Origin: Octopus sinensis
Lineage: Eukaryota
DNA length: 64,000 nt
NCBI RefSeq assembly: GCF_006345805.1
Contig: NC_043002.1
Span: 97,774,001-97,838,000 of the forward strand
Direction: 5' to 3'
A program made the translations under genes and the position numbers. The notes below the pieces were generated by a model that was given only the letters and a program-made list of their open reading frames with translations, did not search any database and had not been told where the DNA came from. Positions 1 to 10,271 of this stretch are shown here, piece after piece. Positions within the stretch are counted from its first letter, which is position 1. The number at the start of each line of letters is the position of its first letter.

Positions 1-1074
1 TTCTGTTTTGGGGAATTTTTATCTGGGATCTGTGCAGGGCCATTCTTTTACGCAAACTATTTTTTGTTTGGCCTATGTACTGCTCTTGACACCCAGAGCA
101 GGTTAGTGTGTATATCAGGTTCTCCGAAGCACATGTGAAGTTGCTTTTCACTGTAAACCGTTGTCCCTGTTTGAAGGAGAACTCTGATCCCTCAATTAGA
201 TAATCGCATATCCCACAATTGGGTCTTCCACATTTTTTTACTGTCGGCTCCTGTGTTGAGTGTATTCGGGCTTGTGTTAGGAGACTTTTCATAGATTTAG
301 GCTCTCTCTTGCTTTTTATGATCGTGTGTGTTTGTAGGATTGTGTTCATTCTGCGGTCTTTTTTTTAGGAGGGGTATGTTGTGGAGGATGGTACCGAAGG
401 CTTCATTGTTGAGAGGGTTGTGTGTGGAGATGTATGGTAAGGCTTTTGGTCGTAAGTTTTTCTTTGATTTGAGATGTCTCAGTTCCTGGATGTTAAGTTG
501 AATGCACATGTCAATAAGTGAAGGTGGGTAATTCCTGGTGATAAGGGTATCTTTTAGTTCTTGTAGTCGTGTATCTCTGGTGTTTGCATTAGAAACTAGT
601 GCATATCCTTTTTGCTAGATTGAAGGGGATATTCATCCTGGTGTGTCTGGGGTGGCATGAATTGAATGGAAGATATTGCTTAGAATCTGTAGGCTTATAA
701 TAGATGTCTGTTTCTATTACATTATTAGCTTTCTTAATGAGGATATCGAGGAAGGGGAGTTGTTGCTGGCTATATTCCATCGTGAATTGGATGTTTACGT
801 CCAGTCCGTTTAAAATTTCCTGGTATTCTATGAGTTTTTCTATATTTTTATGCCAAAGAATGAAGCAGTCATCTAGATATCTCTTCCAGTTGTTTTCTAT
901 ATAGATGGAGAAAGGGCTGCTATATCTTTCTAAAACCTTACGATACAGACTGATCTCTAGATATCCTATGGCTAGGTTGGCAAAGGAGGGGGCCATTCGT
1001 GTACCCATCGGAGTCCCCGATTTTTGTCGGTAGAAGTTGTCTTTGAAGGCGAAGAAGTTATTTTCCAGGATGAA
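1..1074 (-). mobile_element. Penelope-like retroelement fragment: RT C-terminal half, linker and GIY-YIG endonuclease (frameshifted, runs off window)
   Basis: ORF 589-1137 contains ILENNFF..GTPMGTRMAPSFANL and WKRYLDDCF..LPFLD..YYKPTDSKQYLPFNSCHP (PLE-type RT). Minus-strand 1-235 translates CGRPNCGICD..NFTCASENLIYTLTCSGCQEQYIGQTKNSLRKR (Cys motif plus GIY-YIG). The 5' end is cut by a TA tract. Confidence 0.93.
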
Positions 1075-1270
1075 TTTATATATATATAATATATACACAC
1101 ACATTTCCAGGATGAATATACATATATATATGTACACATTTCACAAAATTTATATATATATATATATATATATAAAAACATAATCAAATAGGGTAATAAA
1201 ATAAATTATTACCAGTGGCCTAGCACAAAAGACTAATTAGTCATTAGACTATATATTTTTCGTATAGAAA

Positions 1271-1540
1271 TATAATAAAAGGCTTCCAAATAAGGAAGCG
1301 TAGTGCTAGAAACACAAAAAGGGATAAATTCATGTCTCAGCTATATCCCAGACAGAACGGTTTCTACCTATTTTTAGCAAACACACAGAATATATTTGCC
1401 AGGCCAGGTTCTTTAGTGGGAAGCCTTTGTAATCATAGGCGCACAGACTGTTAGAAGCACATGTAGATCTAACGGTTTGTATATCCTAACTTTTCAAACC
1501 TCTGCGCAGCACTACACTTCCTTATTTGGAAGCCTTTTAT

Positions 1541-1544
<4 letters not shown>
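1271..1544. repeat. MITE-like segment bounded by 37-bp inverted repeats
   Basis: 1271-1307 tataataaaaggcttccaaataaggaagcgtagtgct is the reverse complement of 1508-1544 (1 mismatch). Confidence 0.7.
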
Positions 1545-1572
<28 letters not shown>

Positions 1573-1591
1573 CATATATATATATATATAA

Positions 1592-4555
1592 ACTTAGATA
1601 TGTTTCAACCAAAGATTGGTCCAGGCCATGTCTAACTTAATAGCACCACCTGATAGGATTATTCGAATCCTGTTTAAGTCAAGTTTTGTTCAAGTAGTGA
1701 GTTCTTGTTGGGTGAGTTGTATCCAATTATGGGTGGCTTATCTGGTATTCTTTGAAGGAATCTATCCAGACTGTTTAAAGTTGATGGGATCCTTTTCCTC
1801 TTTGATCTCTCTCAGGACAATGTTAAATAGGGCAGGGCCTGTTGAGGAAAAGAAATTATGTTGCAGTGTACATGTATATTGTGATCTTGAATTGGGCATG
1901 GTACGTATAGCCCGTGGTCCAAGTCTTGGATGAACCTCGAAGCTAATGTTTAGGTCGTTTGGGCATAGTTGGCGGTATATTTTCCACATCGTACAAATGA
2001 TGTACCGCTCACGGCGACGCTGGAGGGAGTAAAGTTTCAAGGCTTTAAGGCGATCCCAATAATCGGGAGCAGCCATGCCTTCAATTTGTTTGGTGAGTGC
2101 CCTCTGGGGTGACTCAATTCTGGAGATGTTTTGTCTTGTGTGAGGAGACCACAGTGGGCAGCAGTATTCAAGGTGTGGCCGTACAAAGGAGGAAAAAAGT
2201 GGTATGATGACACCTTGTTCTCTGGACCGAAAGTTCTTAAGATCGGAACTCATCCTACGAGCTATATCGACCTTGTTGATGTGTGCACTCCAACTGAGAT
2301 CGTCATCAACAATTACACCCAGGTCTCTGATATTGTTGGAGGCTGTGAGCGGTTCCCCTGAAGGAAGAGAGTATGGCTGTTTTAGTGAGGAATTTCTTCC
2401 AAAATGCATCAGCTCAAATTTTCCCTCGTTCAGTTGCATTTTGTTTCTGTCTGCCCATGACTCACAGCATATAGATCAGACTGGAGTTGAGTTCGGTCTG
2501 CTTCTTCATTGACGATTTGCTGGAGCTTGGTGTCAGCAAATATTTTCACTTTGCAGTAATGTACGACACTGGAAAGGTCGTTTATGTAGAATATGAAGAG
2601 TAGCGGACCCAAGACAGTCCCCTGGGGGACACCGCTGGTGACTTTTGCTGGGCTTGAGTGGACTCCATCAACTACAACATGTGTTCTATTCGCCAGGAAA
2701 TACTTGATCCAGTGTAGAACTTTTCCACGGATTCCAACATTTGCCAATTTTGAGAGTAGGATATTATGGTCTACCCTGTCGAACGCTTTACTGAAGTCAA
2801 GATATATGACATCAGAGTTCAAACCTGTTCCCAAGGCTTTGAGTACATCTTCAATGTGGTGTAAGAGCTGTGTTAGGCAGTCCCTGCCACAGAGAAAGCC
2901 ATGCTGATTTGCATTTAGGAGTTTCTGGGTCTCCAGGAAGTCCGCCATCCTTGATCTTAACACTCTTTCAACACTTTGATGATGTGGGAGGTGAGTGAGA
3001 TTGGGCGATAGTTAAGTGCGAGGGATCTGTTTCCCTGTTTGAATACCGGGATGACTGACTGGGATAGAAACTGTTTTGGTATATAACCTGCATCTAACGA
3101 ATTTCTCCAGAGGTTGGTCAGAGGGACTGCAAGTTGGTGTTTACATTCCTTCAGGAGACTAGCGGGGAATCTATCAGAGCCTACAGCAGAGTAGTATTTG
3201 ACCTCATTTATTGCTGCTACGATGTCAGTGGGAGTGAAGGTTATGTCTGCAATTTTGTGTTGGGAGTCAACTTCGTTCGCTTCTCTTACGTCAATATCAG
3301 TGGGAACACTAAAGACAGAGCAGTATTGTTTCTGCAGTATTTCTGCCATTTCTTTAGCATCGTGTTGGGGAATGCCGTTAGCATCAATCAATGGCCCAAT
3401 GGGTGAGACAGTGGTTCTATGCTTATTTGCATAGGAATAGAACACTTTTGGGTTCTGTTTGATGTTTTTGATTACCCACTGTTCCTCCGCAGCTCTTTGA
3501 TTTTCAATGGAGGTTTTCATGTCGTTCTGCAGATGAAGTTTTTCCAGCTCTAGCCTTTTCATTGTCGTTGAACGTGGATGTTGTTTGTGGGAATATTTTA
3601 ATTGGTTGATTTTTTTTGTTAAGTCTTTTGATGCGCCTGATGAGTGTTTTCTTTCTTTTAGGGAGCCGATTTCTGTGTTGTGTTAGTAGATTTCGTGGGG
3701 GAGTGTGTTTAGAGCATGTGTATGTGACAATGTTTTCAACTGCTGCCATGCGGTCTCAATATGGGTGGAATTGAGAGTAAAAGACCAGTCGATGAAAGAC
3801 AGATCCTTTCTGATTGCTCCCCAGTCCGCTTTGTGGAAGTTTATGTTATCAAATGAGTGCCATGGAGTGGGATTGGCTGGTTTGGTTTTTATATGTCGGG
3901 AATTGAAATTGCAGAGTACCATGTCGTGATCTGAGAGGAGAGTTTTTTCAACTGAAATACTGTGAACGAAGCTAGAGTGATTGGTCAATACCAGATCCAA
4001 GATCGTTTTATTCTGTCTCGGTTCGAGCACAAGCTGAGTCAGGAAATACTCATCCATCAGATTAAAGAGCAGTTCCGCTGCTGCTCTATCTGATGTGGAG
4101 CATTTGCCTAACTTCAGAGTATTTGTGGGCCAGTTCACATGAGGGAGGTTAAAATTACCCATCACTAGTATGTTTCCGGAGTGGTACTTCCAAAGGAAGG
4201 ACTTGACTTTGCTAAGGCACTCTTCAAAGCACTTTAAAGGTGCTTGGGGAGGCCTGTAAAGACCAACTATGTCCTTGGCCTTGCTGAATAGTGATACAAA
4301 TTCACAATAGCCATTGGAAAATATGTCCTTGGCATCAAGTGAGAAGGAGTCATGGATAAAGATGGCTGTCCCTCCCTTATTTCGGTTTGTACGATCCGCA
4401 CGAACAATGGTGAAATCTTTTATTTTCACCTCTGCGTCTATATGGGTGTTCAGGTGAGTCTCCGTAAGGATAAAGAAAGGGAAGCAATGTGTCGTTTCGG
4501 CAAGTCAACTCTCTATATATGGGATCTTCCATTTTTGGGCAATAATTGATGGGTT
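1592..4555 (-). mobile_element. CR1/L2-group LINE, near-complete ORF2 (APE endonuclease plus RT), degenerate
   Basis: APE motifs LTETHL, GNFNLP, DLVLTN, SDH (3683-4480). RT motifs YLDFSKAFDRVDH, SGVPQGTVLGPLLF, FA(D)DTK, HLEYCCPLWSP, LYSLQRRRERY (1762-2963). Several frameshifts; 3' UTR ends at a TA tract. Confidence 0.93.
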
Positions 4556-4560
4556 GATGC

Positions 4561-4631
4561 ATATATACATACATATCCATATATATATATATATGTAATA
4601 TATATATATATGTATATATATAATATATATG

Positions 4632-4670
<39 letters not shown>

Positions 4671-5049
4671 CTATATATATAATGTGTATATATATATGTA
4701 ATATATATATATATGTGTATATATAATATATGTAATTTGTATATATATATGTATATATATTATGTGTGTTATATATATGTGTATATATATATGTGTGTGT
4801 AATATATATGTGTGTATATATATATAGTTGTATATATATATATATATGTGTATATATATATATGTGTGTGTATATATATATATATGTGTTATATATATAT
4901 ATATATATGTGTGTATATATATATATGTGTATATATATGTATTTATGTATATATATATTATGTGTATATATATATTTATTTATGTAATATATGTATGTAA
5001 TATACACGTATGTATATATATACACATGTATGTACATATATACATATTA

Positions 5050-5086
<37 letters not shown>

Positions 5087-5105
5087 ATATATATATATAT
5101 ATATA
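4561..5105. repeat. Degenerate (TA)n/(TG)n microsatellite
   Basis: Direct inspection. Confidence 0.95.
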
Positions 5106-5272
5106 CACTCACGGAGTGGTTGGCGTTAGGAAGGGCATCCAGCTGTAGAAACAACTGCCAGATCAGACTGGAGCCTGGTTGCAGCCTTCTGGCTTCCCAG
5201 ATCCCCGGTCAAACTGTCCAACCCATGCCAGCATGGAGAACGGACGTTAAACGACGATGATGATGATGATGA
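5106..5272 (+). mobile_element. RTE-type 3' end fragment with (GAT)n tail
   Basis: Closely matches 12518-12677, the 3' terminus of the RTE copy (ggagtggttggcgttaggaagggcatccagc...ggacgttaaacga(tga)n). Confidence 0.85.
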
Positions 5273-5278
5273 TATATA

Positions 5279-5639
5279 CTAGCAGTATCGCCCGGCGTTG
5301 CTCAGGTTTGTAAGGGAAATAACTATAAAGCATTTTAGAGAGGTTATAGCCAAAAAATGGAAAAAATATGCTAAATTTTTTTTGAGAGTTAAAAAAGGAT
5401 GGAGTTGCGTCCCTAGACAGTTTGTTGGTTCGTGTTTCTGATTCTCGACCCCATGTCGAATTTATCGATTTTTTCAGAACTGGGGGAACTTTTCAAATTT
5501 TGGCTGCGTTAGTTTGAATTATGACATTGGGCTATGTGTGTGTCAAGTTTCATCAGAATCGGTTGAAAGCCGTGGTCAGGGTGAGGGTACAAAGCAAACA
5601 GAAACACGCACAGACAAACTGCCGTTTATTATAGAGAGA
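5279..5639 (-). mobile_element. Non-autonomous Helitron (same 3' terminus as family H1, different body)
   Basis: On the minus strand A|TC...hairpin (cccg/cggg stem, one mismatch in this copy)...CTAG|T. The terminal ~60 bp match copies at 29895, 34489, 58812 and 62286. Confidence 0.8.
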
Positions 5640-5824
5640 TATACATATATATGTATATATACAATATAATATATATACATATATATATACACATATATAT
5701 ATACACATATATATATATACATATATATATACACATATATATATACATATATATACACATATATATATATATACACATATATATTATACATATATATACA
5801 CATATATTATATATATATATACAC

Positions 5825-5855
<31 letters not shown>
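5640..5855. repeat. (TA)n/(CA) microsatellite
   Basis: Direct inspection. Confidence 0.95.
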
Positions 5856-5856
5856 A

Positions 5857-6773
5857 GGGTTCGAATGTCCTGTCCATGTTTATTGTATCGTCTTCTAAGA
5901 GTTATACGTTCTTGTCCATGTATTTTTTACATACCTTAACATATATTCCAGGCGCCCCGTACCCCCCTTATCATTAATGTGAACACATATTCTTAATAAT
6001 TGGTACGACTCTCTGTTTGTCTCTCTCTCTCTCTCATTTTTTACTTGATCTGTCCCCCTCTCTCTCTCTTTTCTCTCTATTCATCTTCTCTTTCCTCTGA
6101 TCCTTTGGTCTAGTCTTCCACTACTACCCTCCTATTTCTTTGTCTCGCTCTGCACTCACAGGTCATTCTTCGACACCCATCCCTTCTCCTGATTCCTTCT
6201 TTCTCTCTCTTCTCTCTCTTTGTTGCGTTTTGTCCCCCTTCTCTCTCTCTCTTCTTTGTGCTTCTCTTTCTTTTCTTTTCCCTCTTCTCTGTCACGTGAC
6301 TGTTGGCCGAAATCTGCCTTTCAGCTCCTGACCCTCGTCGTGTTAACATCGTTGTTTTTCGTCCGCCGCTATAAAGGCTTTTTTTCCAATGCGCCAGAGA
6401 AAAAATTTGTTTGCTTGTTATCAGTCGTAAGACACTTGTTGTTTTCACCGTTAATGCTTCTGTATTTCATGTTTCTGTATTCCATTATTGTTTTTTTTTA
6501 TATCTGTCCCTTTTGCTGTCCTGGTGTTCGTATGCATTCGATCCTTCTTCCAGGAAATCTACGCTTCCAGCTTAGTTTTTCTAATGCTCGTTGCTTAGTT
6601 TTTCTTGGAGGGCTGGCCGTGATCTAGTAATCTCAAGATTAATCAGCCGAAATTACTACGATGATCGGTTCTTGACTGAAGACTGAGGGGTTCGAATGTC
6701 CTGTCCATGTTTATTGTATCGTCTTCTAAGAGTTATACGTTCTTGTCCATGTTGTATTTTTCTACATACCTTA
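5857..6773 (+). mobile_element. 831-bp unit plus ~85-bp terminal direct repeat (pLTR/retrozyme-like non-autonomous element)
   Basis: 5857-5921 is identical to 6688-6752 (65 bp) and similar for ~20 bp more. A hammerhead-like core lies immediately before the second repeat; no coding capacity. Confidence 0.6.
6625..6686 (+). ncRNA. Candidate hammerhead ribozyme, non-circularly permuted strand order
   Basis: Stem III TAGTAAT/ATTACTA, AUC cleavage triplet at 6630-6632, stem I TCAAGA/TCTTGA, CTGAAGA at 6676-6682, GAAA at 6649-6652, stem II TCAG/CTGA with a CC bulge. Confidence 0.5.
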
Positions 6774-6774
<1 letters not shown>

Positions 6775-6820
<46 letters not shown>

Positions 6821-7025
6821 TGTGTATATATATACTTATATGTATAATATATATACTTATATGTATATATATATACTTATATGTATATATATATACTTAT
6901 ATGTATATATATATATACTTATATGTATATATATATATACTTATATGTATATATATATACTTATATGTATATATATATATATATACTTATATGTATATTA
7001 CATATACATATATATAACATATATA
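6775..7025. repeat. TA-based minisatellite with recurring atacttatatgt unit
   Basis: About 8 copies of tacttatatgta separated by variable (TA)n. Confidence 0.9.
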
Positions 7026-7026
7026 A

Positions 7027-9497
7027 CCAGGCTGCTGGAGTTCTGCGATGCAAATAATCTTATGATTTGCAACACTAACTTCAGGAAACCTACCAGCCAA
7101 ATTGACTACATCCTTGCCAGGCAAAGGGAGAGATGGCTACTTATAAATGCCAAAACCTTCCCAGGCGAAGAATGTACCCCACAACATAGACTGGTAGTTA
7201 GTGACTTTAGGATCAGGAGTAGGAGGACAACCAGAAGACGACCAACATGGAGAAGAAGGATCTGGAAGCTTAAGGATCCTGTGAATGGACAGAGATTTAG
7301 AGACATGTTACTTGAAGCCTTTGACGAAGTAGAAGGGGATAGAGTATCACATGGGGTAGAGGGCAACTGGACGTTTCTAAGGGACAACCTGCTGAGAGCC
7401 ACTGACCAGATCTGTGGCTGGTGCAAAGTCCCCTCTCGTCCGAAGGTAACGTGGTGGTGGAACAGTGTCGTAGACAGGGCTATTAAAGAAAAGAGATAGA
7501 CTTGGAAGCACTGGAAGAATGGTGGTAGCAGGGAATTGTATCAGACTGCTAAAAGGGAAGCTAGGAGACAGGTCTATCTAGCCAGAGGGGAAGCAGATAA
7601 GAAAAGATTTGCCAGTGTTCTGCGCCGTGAGGACCAAAGACTGGAGGTGTTTCGCGTTGCAAGACTGTGTGAGAGAGAATTGTGATGTGGTGGGAGAGAA
7701 GTGTGTTCGCATGGAAGATGGTTCACTTGCGCTAAACGAGGATGCAAAGAGAGAGGCTTGGAGACGCCACTATGAAAGGTTGCTGAATAAAGAAAATGAA
7801 TGGGATAAAGAGAGTCTGCCGAACGTTGACCAACAGAGGGACCAGCTATCAGGGTTGATAGTTCCTTGTAGCTAAGGCAATTAGAAGCATGAAGACAGGG
7901 AAAGCCCCAGGCCCATCAGGTATCACTGCAGAGATGCTCAAACTATCTGGTAGTGTCGGCTATAGCCTAGTCACCTGTATAGTTAATCAGGTGATACATG
8001 AAGGAGTCATACCCAATGACTGGTGTAGCAGCATAATAGTCAACTGCTACAAAGGTAAAGGTGATGCCCTAGATACAAATAATTACAGAGGTATCAAGCT
8101 GTTGGATCAGGTGATGAAGGTTACAGAGAGGGTCATAAGCCAACTAATTAGAGAGTTAGTTTAGATGAGATGCAGTTTGGTTTTGTGCCAGGGAAAAGTA
8201 CCACTGATGCTATATTCCTGGTAAGGCAGCTGCAGGAGAAATACCTAGCCAAAGATAAGCCCCTGTACCTGGCTTTTGTTGACATGGAGAAAGCCTTCGA
8301 CAGGGTCCCCCGATCCCTCATATGGTGGTCAATGAGGAAACTAGGAATAGATGAATGGTTAGTGAGAGCTGTGCAAGCCATGTACAGGGACCTGCTAGTA
8401 AGGTGAGGGTTGGCAATGAGTACAGTGAAGAATTCCGGGTAGAGGTAGGGGTCCACCAAGGCTCAGTCCTCAGCCCCCTCCTATTTATCATAGTCCTCCT
8501 GGCAATAACGGAGGAATTCAAGACAGGATGCCCCTGGGAGCTCCTCTGTGCTGATGACCTTGCTCTAATTGCTGAGTCATTATCAGAACTGGAGAAGAAG
8601 TTTGAGGTGTGGAAGCATGGTTTAGAATCGAAGGGCCTTAGAGTCAACCTAGCTAAAACCAAAGTCGTATTAAGTAGGAAGGTAGACAAATCACAAACGC
8701 CTTCAGGTAGATGGCCCTGCTCGATCTGTAGAAAAGGTGTAGGTAGAAACTCTATAAGATGCACCAAGTGTAAGCTATGGACACATAAGAGGTGCAGCAA
8801 TGTCATAGGAAGGCTAACTAGGAAGATGGTTTTTGTATGGGCAGATGCTCGGGAGCATTAACCTCTGAAAATCTGCAGAAAACAACTTCCGTCACTTTCC
8901 AGGGGGAAAAACTAGAAGTAGTTGATAGCTTCCGTTATCTTGGTGACGAAGTCAGTAGTGGGGGGTGGGGTGCTGAAAGTGTAACGGCTAGAGTAAGAAT
9001 AGCCTGGGCAAAGTTTAGGGAGCTCTACCTCTGTTGGTGACTAAGGCCTCTCGCTCAGAGTAAAAGGCAGACTGTATGATGCATGTGTACGAACAGCCAT
9101 GCTACATGGCAGTGAAACATGGGCCGTGACTGCTGAGGACATGCGTAAGCTCGCGAGAATGAAGCTAGTATGCTCCGTTGGATGTGTAATGTCAGTGTTC
9201 ATAGTCGACAGAGTGTAAGTACCCTGAGAGAAAAGTTGGACCTAAGAGGCATCAGATGTTGTGTGCAAGAGAGACAATTGCACTGGTATGGTCATGTGGT
9301 GAGAATGGATGAAGATAGGTGTGTGAAAAAGTGCCACACCCTGGCAGTTGAGGGACCTGTGAAGAGGTAGACCCAGGAAAACCTGGGTCGAGGTGGTGAA
9401 GCACGACCTTCGAACTCTAGGTCTCACCAAGGAAATGACCAGAGACCGAGACCTATGGAAGTATGCTGTGCGTGAGAAGACCCGGCAAGACCAGTGA
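7027..9497 (+). mobile_element. RTE-clade LINE copy 1: APE C-terminus plus RT, frameshifted
   Basis: RLLEFC..NTNF..QIDYIL..QHRLVV; GKAPGPSGITAEMLK; NYRGIKLL; QFGFVPGKSTTDAIF; FVDMEKAFDRVPR; GVHQGSVLSPLLF; LLCADDL; FRYLG; stop at 9495-9497. Confidence 0.95.
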
Positions 9498-9544
9498 GAA
9501 CAATCAAAATCAAATCATATATCAGAAAGCAGCGGTTAAGTGAC

Positions 9545-10238
9545 CCATCCGTTCGTGTCCGCTGTCAGCCTCGTATGGCACCCGTGCCGGTGATACGTAA
9601 AAGCACCATTCGCTCGTGGCCGTTTGCCAGCTCTGCCTGGCCCCCGTGTCGGTGGCACGTAAAAGCACCATCCGCTCGTGTTCGTTGCCAGCCTCGCCTG
9701 GCCCCGTGCCGGTGATACGTAAAAGCACCGTCCGTTCGTGGCCGTTTGCCAGCTCTGTCTGGCCCCGTGTCGGTGGCACGTAAAAGCACCATCCGTTCGT
9801 GTCCGTTGCCAGCCTCGGCTGGCCCCCGTGCCGGTGACGCGTAAAAGCACCGTCCTGCTCATGGCCGTTTGCCAGCTCTGTCTGGCCCCGGGTCGGTGGC
9901 GCGTAAAAGCACCATCCGTTCGTGTTCGTTGTCAGCCTCTGGCCCCGTGTCGGTGGGGCGTAAAAGCACCATCCGTTCGTGTTCGTTGTCAGCCTCGGCT
10001 GGCCCCCGTGCCGGTGACACGTAAAAGCACCGTCCGTTCGTGGCCGTTTGCCAGCACTGTCTGGCCCCGTGTCGGTGGCACGTAAAAGCACCATCCGTTC
10101 GTGTCCGTTGCCAGCATCGCCTGGCCCCGTGCCGGTGACACGTAAAAGCACCATCCGTTCGTGGCCCTTCGCCAGCTCTGTCTGGCACCAGTGCAGGTGG
10201 CACATAAAAAACACCCACTACACTCGCGGAGTGGTTGG
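9545..10238 (+). repeat. ~61-bp tandem array (11 units, alternating A/B variants) in an RTE 3' UTR
   Basis: gtaaaagcacc recurs at 9597, 9659, 9719, 9780, 9841, 9903, 9960, 10021, 10082 and 10142, plus a variant at ~10203. It is followed by cactcgcggagtggttgg, as in the RTE UTR at 12518. Confidence 0.92.
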
Positions 10239-10271
10239 TTATATATATATATACATATATAGATATATAAA

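Noticed and set aside
3630-3660. ctgatgag motif as a hammerhead
   Set aside because: It is antisense within CR1 coding sequence, with no GAAA strand or flanking stems.
4513-5148. Y/I/C/V/H/T-rich ORFs here and at 22967-23470, 28399-28916, 37789-38187, 43716-44550, 48744-49362 and 56833-57451
   Set aside because: They are translations of (TA), (TATG), (CTAT) and (CA) microsatellites.
7027-7100. HDV-like ribozyme at RTE 5' ends
   Set aside because: Both RTE copies are 5'-truncated, so the region where such ribozymes occur is absent.
9545-10238. CRISPR-like regular repeat
   Set aside because: There are no unique spacers; whole units repeat, there are no cas genes, and the context is a eukaryotic RTE UTR.
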